Positions 10,825 to 26,208 are shown, counted from the stretch's first letter. The stretch is 64,000 nt of DNA from Octopus vulgaris (GCA_951406725.2 OX597826.1:28706001-28770000), one strand, 5' to 3'. Numbers and translations are program-made. Notes: generated from the letters alone by a model not told the origin.

Positions 10825-13800
10825 AAAAATTTTAGAAAACATTTTTCAAAATCCTATGAAAACGTTCTCAAAATTTTCGTCAAAATCCTTTGAAAAATTT
10901 TTAATATTTTTGTCAGAATCCTTTGGAAACTTTTTCATAATTTTTGTCAAAATCCTTTGAAAACTTTTGAAAACCGTTTCAAAAACCTTTGAAAAGTGTT
11001 TGAAAATTTTTGTCAAAAACATTTGAAAACATTTGAACACTTTTTCCAAATCCTTTGAAAACTTTTTGAAGCTTTTCGTCAAAATCCTTTCAAAACTTTT
11101 CAAAACAATTTTCAAAATCCTTTCAAAACAATTTTCAAAATCCTTTCAAAACTTTTCAAAACAATTTTCAAAATCCTTTCAAAACTTTTCAAAACAATTT
11201 TCAAAATCCTTTCAAAACTTTTCAAAACAATTTTCAAAATCCTTTCAAAACTTTTTCAAAATTTTTGAGGAAATCATCTGAAAACTATCGAAAATTTTTT
11301 CAAAAGCTTTTGAAAACTTTTTCAAAATTTTCGTCAAAATCATTTGAAAACATTTAAAAAATTTTTGAAAACTTTTGAAAACTTTTGAAAACTTTTTTCA
11401 AAATCATTTGAGAACTTTTTCAAAAGGTTCGTTGAACTCCTTCGAAAAATTTTGAGAAATATTTTCAAAATACTTTGAAAACTTCAAAACTTTTTTCAAA
11501 CTTCTTTGGAAACATTTTCAAAATTTTCGTCAAAATCATTTGAAAATTTTGAAAACTATTTTCAAAATCCTTTGAAAACTTTTTCTAAATTTTTGTGGAA
11601 ATCATCTGAAAACTTTTTTCAAAATCCTTTAAAAATTTTTCAAAATTTTCGTCCAAATAATTTGAAAACATTTTCAAAATTTTCGTCAAAAACCTTTGAA
11701 AACCTTATCAAAATGTTCGTCAAAATCCTTTGAAAACTTTTTCAAAATTTTTGTTACAATCCTTTGAAAACTTTTGAAAACTGTTTTCAAAATCTTTTGA
11801 CGACTTTTTCAAAATTTTTTTGGAAATCATTTGGAAACTACTGAAAACTTTTTACAGAATCCTTTGAAAACTTTCTCAAAATTTTCGTCAAAATCCTTTG
11901 AAAACTTTCTCAAAATTTTCGCCAAAATTCTTTGGAAATGTCGAAAGCTATTTTCAAAATCCTTTGAAAACTATTTCAAAATTTTTGTGGAAATCATCTG
12001 CAAAAATTTTTCAAAATTTTTGTGGAAATCATCTGCAAAAAATTTTTCAAAATCCTTTGAAAACTTTTTCAAAATTTTCGTCAAAATCCTTTCAAAACTT
12101 CTTCAAAATAATTGTGGAAATCATCTGAAAACTATTGAAAACTTTTCGTCAAAACCATTCGACAACTTTTTCAAAAGTTTTGTCAAAATCTTTCGAAAAC
12201 TTTTTCAAAATTTTCGTCAAAATCCTTTGAAAAGTGTTTCAAAATTTTTGTGGAAATCACCTGAAAACTATTGAAAACCTTTTTCAATGTCCTTTAAAAC
12301 TTTAAAAAAAAATTTTCGTCATAGTCCTTTGAAACCTTTTTCAAAATTCTCGTCAAAATCATTTGAAAACTTTTTCAAAATTTTCGTCAAATTCCTTTGA
12401 AAATATTTCCAAAATTTTTCTTAAAATCCTTTGAAAACTTTTTCACAATTTTCGTCAAAATCCTTTGAAAACATTCAACATTTTCGTCAAAATCCCGTGA
12501 AAATTTTTTCAAATTTTTGTGGAAATCATCTGAAGACTATTGAAAATTCGTTTCAAAATCCTTTAAAATCATTTGAAAAATTTTCGTCAAAATCTTCTTC
12601 AAGCCTTTTTGGGAAATCAAAATCCTTTGAAAACTTTTTTATAAATTCGTCAAAATCCTATAAACCTTTTTCAATATTTTCGTCAAATACTCTGAAATCT
12701 TTTTCATAATTTTCGTCAAAATCCTTTAAAATCTTTTGAAAACTTTTTTTCAAAATCCTTTGAAAACTTTTTCACAATTTTCGTCAACATCCTTTGAAAA
12801 CATATTCAAAATTTTCGTCAAAATCCCGTGAAAACTTTTTCAAATTTTTGTGGAAATCATCTGAAGACTATTGAAAATTCGTTTCAAAATCCTTTAAAAT
12901 CATTTGAAAAATTTTCGTCAAAATCCATTGGAAACTTTTTCAAAATTTTCGTCAAAATCCTTTGAAAACGTTTTCAAAATTTTCGTCAAATTCCTTTGAA
13001 AACTTTTTCAAATTTTCGTCAAAATCCTGTGGAAACTTTTTCAATATTTTCGTGAAATTCCTTTGAAACCTTTTTCAAAATTTTCGTCAAAATCCTTTGA
13101 AAACCTTTTCAAAAATTTTTGCCAAAATCCTCTGAAAACTTTTTCAAAATTTTCGTCAAAATCCTTTGAAAACTTTCCAAAAATCCTTTGAAAACTTTCC
13201 AAAAACTCTTTTCAAAATCCTTTGAAAACTTTTTCAAAATTTTTGTGAAAATCATCTGAAAACATTTAAAAACTTTTTTCAAAATCCTTCAAAAACTTTT
13301 TCAAAATTTTCGTCAAAATCTTTTGAAAACTCTTTTCAAAATTCTTTGAAAACTTTTTTGAAAATTTTTGTGGAAATCATCTGAAAACTTATGAAAACTT
13401 TTTTCAAAATCCTTTGAAAACTTTTCACAATTTTCCTCAAATTTTCAAAATTTTCGTTTAAATCCTTTCAAAACTTTTGAAAACTATTTTCAGAATCCTT
13501 TGAAAACTTCTTCAAACCTTTTTTGGAAATCAAAATCCTTTGAAAACTTTTTTATAATTTCCGTCAAAATCCTATGAAACCTTTTTCAATATTTCCGTCA
13601 AATCCTTTGAAAACTTTTTCAAAATTTTCGTCAAATTCCTTTGAAAACATATTCAAAATGTTCGTCAAAATCCCGTGGAAATCATCTGAAGACTATTGAA
13701 AATTCGTTTCAAAATTCTTTAAAATCATTTGAAAAATTTTCGTCAAAATCCTTTGGAAACTTTTTCAAAATTTTCGTCAAAATCCTTTGAAAACTTTTTC

Positions 13801-13895
13801 AAAATTTTCGAAAACTTTCGAAAAGTTTTTTTTTTAAATCCTTTGAAAACGTTTTCAAAATTTTTGTCGAAATCCTCTCAAACTTTATAAAACTT
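10825..13895. repeat. ~3 kb satellite, ~34-bp monomer AAAATTTTCGTC-AAAATCCTTTG-AAAACTTTTTC with variants
   Basis: Dozens of diverged tandem copies built from 11-12 bp A-tract subunits. Confidence 0.95.
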
Positions 13896-14106
13896 TGTAT
13901 TCGTTTCTGTGCTTGTGACTCTCATACTGCTTGACAACTGGTGCTAGTTTATTTACCTCATACCTTAAAATAAACTAAAATTACGGGATCGATATAATGG
14001 TCTGAAACCGTTGAAGTCGGTACCCCAGCATGGCCGCAATCCGTTTATTTATAACAAAAAATTCCACCGTAAATGAGATCGATTGCTAGCAGCAGAAGCA
14101 GTAGTG

Positions 14107-14157
<51 letters not shown>

Positions 14158-14699
14158 AGAAGGGGATGAGTAAGAGGTTTACAAATTGAAGGAGTAGGAG
14201 CGAGGCAGAAAAGAGAGGGACAGGAGGAGAAGGACGAGGTGAGGAATGAGAGGAGACGGAAACAAAAGGAAGTATGTGGTGGGCGATGGTTGGGGCAGGC
14301 ATGAGGGTAGGGGAAGAGGCAGAGGAAGAAAAGTGAAGAAAGGAGCAAAAGCAGGTGAAAGAGAAGAAAGATAGGAATGAAAAGAAGCAAACAAATGAAA
14401 GGATGGGAAAAGTATTGGTCGGTGATGGTGTTGGTCGTCGGTGGTGGTGGTGGTGGTGACTATGGAGGTGGCAGTGCTAGGAAGAAATAAGGTAATGTGT
14501 GGGAGGAGAAAGAGAGAGAGTGAGACACACACTCACAGAAAGCGAATGAGAGAGAGAGATAAAGAGAGAGAGAGATGGACTAAGTGTGGGTTAATAGGAA
14601 TTTAGTAAGGAATTTTTGATGATGGACGACCACTGTCAGCCAATGGCGTGGATTTGTTTAGGAACGTCGTGAGAGACACAGAGACAGAGGTAAGTCGAG

Positions 14700-14730
14700 A
14701 GGAAGGAAGGAAGGAAGAAAGGAGCGAACG

Positions 14731-14781
<51 letters not shown>

Positions 14782-15110
14782 AAAAAGGATGGAAGGAAGG
14801 AAGGAAGGAAGGAAGGAAGGAAAGAAGGAAAGAAAGAAAGAAGGAAGGAAGGAAGGAAGGAAAGAAGGAAGGAAAGAAAGAAGGAAGGAAGGAAAGAAGG
14901 AAGAAAGAAAGAAAGAAAGAAGGAAAGAAAGAAAGAAAGAAAGAAAGGTAGGAAAGACGAAAACGAAAAAGATAGGAAGCAAGGAAAGAAGAGATAGACA
15001 GAAAGAAGGAAAGACAGGGAAAGGCAGGAAGGAAGGAAGGGAGGGAGAGAGGGAGGAAAGAGAAGGAAATGAGAGAAAGGAAAAGGGAAAAGAAGGAGGA
15101 AGAAAGAAGC
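14700..15110. repeat. (GAAA)n/(GGAA)n polypurine tract
   Basis: Direct reading. Confidence 0.95.
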
Positions 15111-17104
15111 TGTCTGATAGATATTATCACACACACACATGCACACACGCTCGCACAGATACACAGACCACCGCTTGACAACCTCTGTTGATGTGTTCAT
15201 ATCCCCAATAACTTAGCGGTTCGACATAAGAGATTGATAGAATAAAAACCAGGCTTCAATAAATAAGTACTGGAGTCAAATCGTTCGGCTATTTACCCGA
15301 TGCGGTGTCCCAGCATGGCCGCAGTCTAATGAACGAAGCAGGTAAGACAAAAATAACAGATATCTATCTATCTATATGTCTGTCTGCCGATCTATCTGTC
15401 CGTCCGTGTGTCTCTCTATCTGTCTCTGTCTCTCTGTCTCTCTGTCTGTCTCTCTATCTGTCTCTGTCTCTCTGTCTCTCTGTCTGTCTCTCTCTCCCCC
15501 TCTCTCTCTCTCAATCTCTCTCTCTCTCTGAATTTGAACTCAGAACTTAGCGCCAGATGAAATACCTATTTCTTATACTACCCACGAGGGGCTAAACACA
15601 TATATATATATATATATATATGCGACGGGGTTTTTTCAGATAGATAGGTAGATAAGATAGAAATATAGATAGATAGATAAGAAGAGAGAGATATATAATG
15701 AAAAATGAGGTCCCAGAATGAAGAAGGCACACACATGCACGCACCCACGCACTCACATACACCCACATACACATCCACATAGACACCCACACCCACATAC
15801 ACCCAAACACAGTCATTTATTATTTTACTATTTTCAGTCATTGAACCGCGGCCATGCTGGAGCAACGTGTTCTAAGTTTTAGTCGGTAATATCAAGCATA
15901 GAATTTCTATCACAGACTGGTATTTATTTTATCGATAGTCATTCGACGAACAGCTAAGTCATGCCTCAGAAACGGATACAGCACAAACAATACAGATTTT
16001 TGAAACTAGCGGACACATAAAAAGTGCACACACATAAGGTTGTCCTCAGCGGGATTTGAACTCGGATCATAAAAAACGGGAAAAAATATCACAAGGCAGT
16101 TTTTCGGTTCTTTGTTTTCTGATTTCGAATCCTGCCAAAGTTACCTTAGCCTTTCATCTTTTCCGGGTCGATAAATAAAGTACCAGCCAAGGTCTTGGTT
16201 TGATGTAATCGACTTACTCCTCGCTTCAAAATTCCTGGCCTTGTGCGAAAATTTGAAGCAATTTTCTTTTTAATGACACATGTATACGAATGAGTGAGTT
16301 AAGTGTGGTCATTTAATGTACTAGAAGTTGCAGCCAGATCTTCCTCAAAGCACACATTACTTAGCATTTTATGAAAGAAATATTATAATAGATGACGGTC
16401 AGAAAAAGAAAATGAGAGAAAAGAAAAGAAAAGAAAAATAAGAGAATGCGAGATAGTCACGGGCTGAAAGTACGTCAACACAGAAAAACAATAAGATCAA
16501 CAACGCAGAGCAACTTTGTGCGTGAGAGAATAAAATTGTAAACGATGGCTGTGCATAAAATGTTTACAGAAGACGTCACAAACATTGGAGCAATTCGACA
16601 GGATTCTCTCACATATCAATCAGTCAGAACAAAGCAGCTCAAATAAATATATAAATGAATAAATAGCGTACATTAAATAAATCCCGAATTATTACAAAAT
16701 GCAATACAGAAAACCGGAAGTGCTGCCATTATCATCTCTGAGAAAATTCTGCACATAATATAACGACGACAACGAATACATCCTCCGTATGAATTCTCAG
16801 GTACGTTTCCCACGAAATACACAATGTCATCTAAGACAGCCAATGTTGAACACAATGTGTTTATTACGAAGGAGCCTCTTCGTCGGGATCTCTTATTCTT
16901 TTTTAAATTCGAGACGCGCTAGAAATCAAATAAAAGAATAAATTTTGATGCACTTTACATAGAAAAATTGGAAAAAAAAAAATAGTGTTGTTTCAGAGTC
17001 GAACTAAACATTTCCCTATTTTGAGACCAACCCGCCTAAAACCGCCTCTGATTCTACGACACGAAGTCTTTGTTTTCAGGTGACCTAATTTATAGCCGTT
17101 TTCG

Positions 17105-17286
17105 TGTGGTGCAGAAGCTTGCTTCGCAACTATATGGTTTTGAGTTCAGTTCCACCAAGCGGTACCTTGGGCAAGTGTCTTCTACAGCCTCAGATTTTAG
17201 GAGAGAAATTGGTAATCGGAACTGCGTTGAAGCGTTGTGTGTGTATGTGTGTGAGTGTATGTGTGTGTGAATGTGTGTGTGTGTTT

Positions 17287-17319
<33 letters not shown>

Positions 17320-17560
17320 TGTTTGTGTGTCTCTGTGTCTGTGTTTATCTTCCTCCCGGTCGCTTGACAGCCGGTGTTGGTTTGTTTAAGTCCTCGTAAC
17401 TTGGCGATCCTGTAATAACTGCCCGATAGGAAAAGTACGAAAACTAAACAAATATATAAATAAGTAAATAAATAGTGAAATCGATGTGTGTTCGACTAAA
17501 ACTTTTCAAAACGTTGCCCCAGCATGGCCGCAATCCAATGACTGAGAGACATCAAAAACG
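17105..17560 (+). mobile_element. SINE family A, decayed
   Basis: ggtaccttgggcaagtgtcttctac ... ccagcatggccgcaatccaatgactga. Confidence 0.75.
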
Positions 17561-17569
17561 AAACATTAT

Positions 17570-18057
<488 letters not shown>

Positions 18058-18156
18058 TTTCTTTATTGCGCACAATTTGAACTCAGAACGTAGCGACAGA
18101 CGAAATACCACCAAGCACTTCGTCCGGTGTCCTAACCATTCTGCCTGCTCGCTGCC

Positions 18157-18224
<68 letters not shown>

Positions 18225-18231
18225 GATAATG

Positions 18232-18277
<46 letters not shown>

Positions 18278-18282
18278 TACTG

Positions 18283-18427
<145 letters not shown>

Positions 18428-18448
18428 TGATGAAAATAATAACGCTTT

Positions 18449-18816
18449 CTAATTGATGTACCAATGCCAGCAGATGACAAAGTTTTTCTAAAAGAAATGG
18501 AGAAACTTTCAAAATACAAAGACCTAGAAATAGAGGTAACTCGAATGTGGAAGCTAAAAACAGAAACAATTCCTATCATAGTAGGCGCATTAGGTGTGAT
18601 TAAAAAAATATTCAGACAAACACATAACAAAAACACCAGGACTTACAAATATATATAACATACAGAAAATTGCACTACTGGGCACTGCACACATCCTACG
18701 TAAAACACTTTCAATACAGTAACCATAAGAGCATCACAACAAACCACAGCACATACCCAAGGCACACAGAGCTGCGCTCGGTAGTGAACTGAAAGCAGGA
18801 TATAAAGATAAAACTA

Positions 18817-18820
<4 letters not shown>
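18449..18820 (+). mobile_element. 3' end of R4/Dong-like RLE LINE inserted in (AAT)n
   Basis: EKLSKYKDLEIEVTRMWKLKTETIPIIVGALG ... GTAHILRKTLSIQ*, short 3' UTR. (AAT)n on both flanks. Confidence 0.88.
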
Positions 18821-18860
<40 letters not shown>

Positions 18861-19417
18861 TAATAATAATAATAATAATCATAGAATAAATATCTCTCAG
18901 CATTTTGCCTGACGCTAACGATTTTGCTAACTCGCCTTCTTAAAGGTTGTTGTACATAAGTAGCTAAAACTTTCTTGAAAACTGACCTTCAGCTTGGGCC
19001 TTATCCAGTCAACAGAACACAAATTCTGCAGCCACCTTCTAATCTAATCTTCTAATATAATAATGAGCGTAGTGTTTTTATATATTTGTATATATATATA
19101 TATATATCCAAAATCATGCAGAGTAATTCAGTGAAGGAGAAGTAGTGAGAGTAATAGCCCTGACTGAGAGAGAGTGAGTGAGAGAAAGTAATAGCAATGA
19201 GAGAAAGGAAGTGGCAAACAGCGTATCGTGTAGCACGGATTGCTGACTATATCGACTCCATCATGTAACTGGTACTCAATTTATCGACCCCGAAAGGATG
19301 AAAGGCAATGTTGACCTCGGCGAAATTTGAACTCAGAACGTAACGGCAGAATGAGAAAGGAATGGGTGATGGCAAACTTGGTAGTGGGATGATGCAAGTT
19401 CTTCGGCGCAAAAAAAC

Positions 19418-19742
19418 AAATCAAACAGCGTTTCAACTCTGCATGAGTATATGTGTGTATATATAAAAGGGGGTCATGTGAATGTTTGTGTGTGTGTGTG
19501 TGCAATGGAAGTGGGATGATGAACATTCAACGCTGAAAAGAAAAATCAAACAGCGTTTCAACTCTGCATGAGTATATGTGTGTATATATAAAAGGGGGTC
19601 ATGTGAATGTTTGTGTGTGTGTGTGTGCAATGGAAGTGGGATGATGAACATTCAACGCTGAAAAGAAAAATCAAACAGCGTTTCAACTCTGTGTGAGTAT
19701 ATGTGTGTATGTGTGTACGTGTACAAGGGAAGTATGTGAATG
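19418..19742. repeat. 125-bp tandem repeat, about 2.5 copies
   Basis: aatcaaacagcgtttcaactctg... starts at ~19418, ~19543 and ~19668. The first two copies look identical. Confidence 0.9.
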
Positions 19743-19893
19743 TATATATCTGTAATTATTATGTACTTTATTTTGTACCTTATTTATATATGAAATACTA
19801 AATTAGTCGTTATTTTTTACGGCACGGTGTCAACTAGCATCATATAATCATATGCAAGGCGGCGAGCTACGCCGGACAGAATGCGTAGCGGCA

Positions 19894-19929
<36 letters not shown>

Positions 19930-19988
19930 CATCATCATCATCATCAGCATCATCAGCATCATCATCGTCATCATCATCATCATCATCA

Positions 19989-20037
<49 letters not shown>

Positions 20038-20051
20038 CATCATCATCATCA

Positions 20052-20092
<41 letters not shown>

Positions 20093-20316
20093 GAGTGAGA
20101 GAGCAGTTCATGCCATCAAAGTGACACTGGGGTAAAATATACGAAGCCCAATATACCCATCATGACTACCCGTCTGATAAGGGTACACCAGGCACATGCA
20201 TCACAACCATATGTGCGCGACATGGTGATCTCATATCAAGATAAACAGCACATGACCTTGCAGGTGGGGCCCAGTTAGAATTTTCTTCAGGTTGAGTAGC
20301 CCATCCCGCTCAAAAG
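20093..20316 (-). mobile_element. Non-coding insert in (TTA)n, putative 3' UTR of an (AAT)n-targeting LINE
   Basis: ~220 bp of unique sequence with sharp borders between two (TTA)n tracts. Confidence 0.5.
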
Positions 20317-20640
<324 letters not shown>

Positions 20641-21139
20641 GATAATTAGCATGATGTGTTTATATATAATTGTTATTAGTAATACTGTGTACGTAAAAGA
20701 AGCATGGGAAAATACGCTGAGAACAAAATAATCGAAATGCCAGCTTGAGAGTTTGTGAAGACGTCCGACCGGTTAGTGTTGAGTGACCCCCGCCCCCAAA
20801 TAAAGAATTGCTACATAAGCGACAGCAGGTAACTGTTGTAGAAGTGGTAGCAGAAGTGGTGTTTGTGAAGGGGGAGGTAGCGACGCAGCTAGTAGCAGTG
20901 TTATTTAGTAGTAGTAGTGGCGGCAGTGGTGGTGGTGGTGGTGGTGGTGATGCTAGTGATTATAATACTGCTTGCGTAGGTAATGTTGGTGGTGCTATGG
21001 TGGTGGTACTACTACAACAACAACTACTACAACTACAACTACTACAACTACTACAACTACTACCACTACTAGCACTACCACCACCGCCATCACTACTACT
21101 ACTACTAACACCACCACCACTACCACCACTACTACTACG

Positions 21140-21194
<55 letters not shown>

Positions 21195-21344
21195 CTACTA
21201 CTACTACTACTGTTGGTGGTACTAATAGTAGTAATGGAAATGCTGATACTATCAATAATAGTAATGCTTGAATGAATAGTGGTGTTTGTAGTGGTGCTGG
21301 GAGCAGTAATCATAATAATGATGGTGGTGGTGGTGGTGGCATTG

Positions 21345-21681
21345 TGGAGGCGCAATGGCCCAGTGGTTAGGGTAGCGGATCGCGGTCGTAAGATCGCAGT
21401 TTCGATTCGTAGACCGGGTATTGTGAGTGTTTATTGAGCGAAAACATCTAAAGCTCCACAAGGCTCCAGCAGGGCGTTGTGAGTATTTATTGAGGTTCCG
21501 GCAGGGGGTAGGGGTGAACTCTGCTGTACTCTTTCACCACAACTTTCTCTCATTCTTTCTTCCTGTTGCACCTGTATTTCAAAGGGCCAGACTTGTCACA
21601 CTCTGTGTTACGCTGAATTTCCCCGATAACTACATTAAGGGTACGCGTGTCTGTGGAGTGCTCAGCCACTTGCACGTTAAT
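21345..21681 (+). mobile_element. tRNA-derived SINE family C
   Basis: tggaggcgcaatggcccagtggttag (A-box) ... gtttcgattc (B-box). Homologous to 40948-41310. Confidence 0.85.
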
Positions 21682-21891
21682 AAATGAGCTACGACATCAC
21701 TGGTACCAAGCGGTTGAGAAGGGAGGCTGGTATGCGTGGGTGACCGCTGGTCTTCCATAAACGACCTTGCCCGTATTTATGCCTCGGAGGATAACTTTCT
21801 AGGTGCAATCCCATGGTCATTCATGACTGAAGGGGGTCACAAGGTGGTGGCATTACAGAAAGGTGTAGTAGTACTGATAAAGATGGTGTTG

Positions 21892-21959
<68 letters not shown>

Positions 21960-22057
21960 TGTAGTAGTAGTAGTAGTGACAGCAGCACAGGGAGTCATAT
22001 TCGCTGTATTGGTGGTTCTACTTGGCGTAGAGGCATTAGTAGTATTAGTATTAATAT

Positions 22058-22880
22058 ATTCTTTTCTACTCTCGGCACAAGGCCCGAAATTTTTGGGGAT
22101 GGGACCAGTCGATCAGGTCCAACCCATTACGCAACTGGTACTTAATTTATCGACCCCGAAAGGATGAAAGGCAAAGTCAACCTCGGCGGAATTTGAACTC
22201 AGAACGTAGTTGCAGACGAAATACCTATTTCTTTACAACCCACAAGGGGCTAAACACAGAGGGAACAAACAAGGACAGACAAACGGATTAAGTCGATTAC
22301 ATCGACCCCAGTGCATAACTGGTACTTAATTTATCGACCTCGAAAGGATGAAAAGCAAAGTTGACCTCGGCGGAATTTGAACTCAGAACGTAACGATAGA
22401 CGAAATACGGCTTCGCATTTCGCCCGGCGTGCGAACGTTTCTGCCAGCTCGTCGCCTAAATAGTATTAATATATTTATTTTAAAATGGGGCTAGACGGCA
22501 GAATCGTTAGAGAGTCCAGCTCTGTAAGTTCTAAGTTCAAATCCCGCCGAGATAAAATTATAGTACCAATCAAGTACTAAAGTTAACATCAATGACTAAA
22601 GCCCCTCCTCTAAAAACTCCTGGATTTTGTACCTAAATTCGAAATAAGCATGATTATTAAATTCAGCGAGTTGGCAGAATCGTTAGCACGCCGGGCGGAA
22701 TGCTTAGCGGCATTTCGTGCGTCTTTACGTTCAAAGTTCAAATTCCGCTGAGGTCGACTTTGCCTTTCATACTTTCGGGATCGATAAATTGAGTAGCAGT
22801 GAAACACTGGGGGTCGATTTAATCGACTGGTCCCATCCCCTAAAATTTCAGGCCTTGTATCTTTAATAGGAAGGCTTATT
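22058..22880. mobile_element. SINE family B cluster: minus dimer 22058-22457, plus copies ~22490-22650 and 22665-22880
   Basis: Repeated family B head and core motifs. Confidence 0.85.
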
Positions 22881-23648
22881 GTTATTGATTGTAACCATAT
22901 TGATAGCGTAAATAATTATGGTGCTGGCGTAGGTGGGTGGGCTGGTTGCGGCGCTAGAGGTTGTGATAACAGTAGAGCAATGAATGGATATGATGGCGTG
23001 TGAGTATTGTGTGAATGGTGTACATTTAAGTTGCGAATCTCAAGAGGAATGTGTATGTCGATAATACCAAGCTCTACGCTGTTCAACGGTGGGTAAAAGG
23101 TATATTAGAATTTTATTAGGATATAGAATTATCAAACTTTGTCCTCCGCAGTATTTCAACTCATAGCACGGAGACTCAAGACAATTGCAGCTCTAAACAA
23201 ACTGCTCTAATCAAACTGCTAATTCGCCTCATGTTGATTGTATGAGTTAATCGGAAGATGATGGTCGCATTTCCGTTTTTCTTTTATTTGTATTTTGTTT
23301 GCTATTTGCGGTATTTTGAGGAAAGGTCTTTTGGTGCATTGTTTTCTCTCTATTTATAAGTATGTGGGAGTTTTTTTTTAATGCACGAATGAGCCTTCTT
23401 TGAGATTTACCTAATTGTCTCTTTTTGTGGAGACACATCGTCTCGGAATATTTTCTCACGTTCAGAGATGAACTGCATCATGTTTCTGGCAAAGTCTATG
23501 TAGGAGTACTTCAAATTATTGCATCCATTTATTCTTTAAGACGGTGTGGTGTGGCTTAAAAGAGATTTAGCTTGTAATTTCATCAGATGGACGGAACAAG
23601 CAGATTGCATACGTACTACATCTGCCATTGTAGCAGCAGCAGCGGCGC

Positions 23649-23737
<89 letters not shown>

Positions 23738-23909
23738 CAAGAGCAGTAATAGTAGTAGTGATGCATGTCAGCTGAAAAGTTGTTGTTTAACCCCAAGTCA
23801 GTCCATATGAGACAGACCCCGGATCAAAAGCATCCCAAGCGTGACCAATTCGTCTTTTTTCCTCAGGTCTCATGTACACTAGACAACATTATTCAATGTT
23901 TGTTCTTGA

Positions 23910-24125
23910 AGGCGGCGAGCTGGCCGAAACGTTAGCACGCAGGGCGAAATACTAAGTGGTATTTCGTCTGTCTTTATGTTCTGAGTTCAAATTCCGCCGA
24001 GGTCGACTTTGCCTTTCAACCTTTCGGGTTCGATAAATTAAGTACCAGTTGCGTACTGGGGTCGATTTAATTGACTAGACCCCTCCCTCCAAATTTCGGG
24101 CCTTGTGCCTAGGGTAGAAAATAAT
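23910..24125 (+). mobile_element. SINE family B monomer
   Basis: Full head, core and tail. Confidence 0.88.
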
Positions 24126-24493
24126 TTTCCTTCTTGATACGGTACAGAGAGGTTGCAGATTGAGCTATGCTACTGTTATTTCTAGCAGGTTAAGAGACTG
24201 CCTAGTGTCCCTTCATTACCTTGTTATCTTAAAAGTTGTGTGATAAAAAAATTCACTTAACAATCACGCGGTACCAGGTTCAATCCCACTGACCGGATGA
24301 AATGAGATGATTGCGCACCACTGTTGGAACGCTAACAACCTTGCACGGCTGAGTGGATATTCAACCGCTTGGCGACGATGTTCTTTGATTTAAGAGGTAA
24401 ACACGCATACACGCGCATGCACAGAAGCTTATACATACACTGGGTGTGTGTATTCGTTGTGTTTGCATGTATGTGAATATGTATGTGTGCGTG

Positions 24494-24578
<85 letters not shown>

Positions 24579-25023
24579 TCTGTGTGAGTTAGAGGTTGAG
24601 GAACCAACTAAGAGAGAGTACTCATCCAATAGACTGAGTACCCAGTTATTTATAAGTAGAGTACCCAATTATTTATACCCAAGTGCTAGTTATTGCGTGG
24701 CAATCTCGCAATTGAATATTATATATTATTTGCCACATATATATATATATATATATATATATACCATGTTCAATATATATATATATATATACACTTATAA
24801 ACACATACATACACACACATATATAGAGAGAAAGTAGATAGACAAATAGACAGACAGACTGACAGACAGATAGATGGAATGAAAGAAAGAAGGAAGGAAG
24901 GGAAGAAAGAAAGAAAGAGAGATTAATAAATAGGTAGAAAGATAGACAGATATACACACACATATCACACATACAGACACACATATACACATATATATAT
25001 ATGTATGTATATGTATACGTATG

Positions 25024-25056
<33 letters not shown>

Positions 25057-25946
25057 ATGTGTGTGTGTGTGTGTGTACATATGCATATATACAAACGTGC
25101 GCACACATGCACTCGTACACGCACATGCAGAGAGATGTGTCTGCATGAGTCTGTATGACGCGTGTGTCTTTGCGTGAGCATACATATGCTTGTCTGTATG
25201 TATATGAGTGTGTACGCGTGTGTACGTGTGTGTGTATATTTGTATGCATGTGTGTGTGTGTGTGTGTGTGTGTTTGTGTGTTTGAATGCCTGTGCACACG
25301 TAATTTATGACATAAGTTCAAACAAACATAACCGCCATGATTAAAGCTGTCAGCGCCAAAAATATTGTTTTTAGTTTTTCTTTAGGATTAAGTCGACTAT
25401 ATCGACCCCAGTGCGTAACTGGTACTTATTTAATGGACCCGAAAAAGGATGAAGGGCAAAGTCGACCTCGGCGGGAATTTGAACTCAGAACGTAAGGGCA
25501 GACGAAATACCTATTTCTCTACTACTCCACAAGGGGCCACAAAACACAATTTCAGCTTGTACGATTACAAAGATGCAATAACTTTCGCATAGAATCGTCT
25601 CCAGTCTTCTAAGGATTCTCTGTGAGTATATACAAACGTATGGCATTCAACCGGAACAGAAAAATTCTTTTAATACATTGCACTTACACTTTGAAATCAA
25701 TGGGCTTTCTTTTTGTTTGGATCTAGCTTGATTGCACATTTATGCAACATTGCAACACTCTGTGCACCTTCTGATACCGTAAGAATATTTGGAGCACTTC
25801 AAACCATCACGATGGTAATATTTTTAGCCAGAACGGTTGCGAGGCAGTTCGTCCTTTACAGGTGGTCCTCAAGTTATCATTTCCGCAAGGGCAATTCCTG
25901 AACTGTCAAACTACCGCTGCTCCCACTGTTGCTGTTGCTGCTGCTG

Positions 25947-25990
<44 letters not shown>

Positions 25991-26100
25991 GCTGCTGCTT
26001 TTACTGCTGCTGCTGCTTTTACTGCTTTTTCTTCTTCTTCTTCTGTCTTTTGTTCCCTTGCTTTCCGAAAATGACATACGTATACACACACACACACATT

Positions 26101-26208
<108 letters not shown>

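Noticed and set aside
10733-12709. ORFs rich in FSKSFENF/FQNPLK repeats
   Set aside because: Translations of the 34-bp satellite, open briefly in several frames with frequent stops and no protein features.
10825-13895. CRISPR-like array
   Set aside because: No unique spacers, degenerate contiguous monomers, no cas genes, eukaryotic context.
16673-16855. Short non-repetitive ORF or possible exon (also 25713-25901, 53603-53845)
   Set aside because: No recognisable domain, codon signal or consistent splice pair.
20995-21230. Strand-flipped (CTA)n block within (GGT/GTA)n forming quasi-palindromes
   Set aside because: Common by-product of microsatellite turnover, with no specific structure.
21345-21420. 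tRNA gene (also 8720-8790, 40948-41020, 44552-44625)
   Set aside because: A-box and B-box are present but there is no proper cloverleaf, and the sequence continues into a multicopy SINE body.
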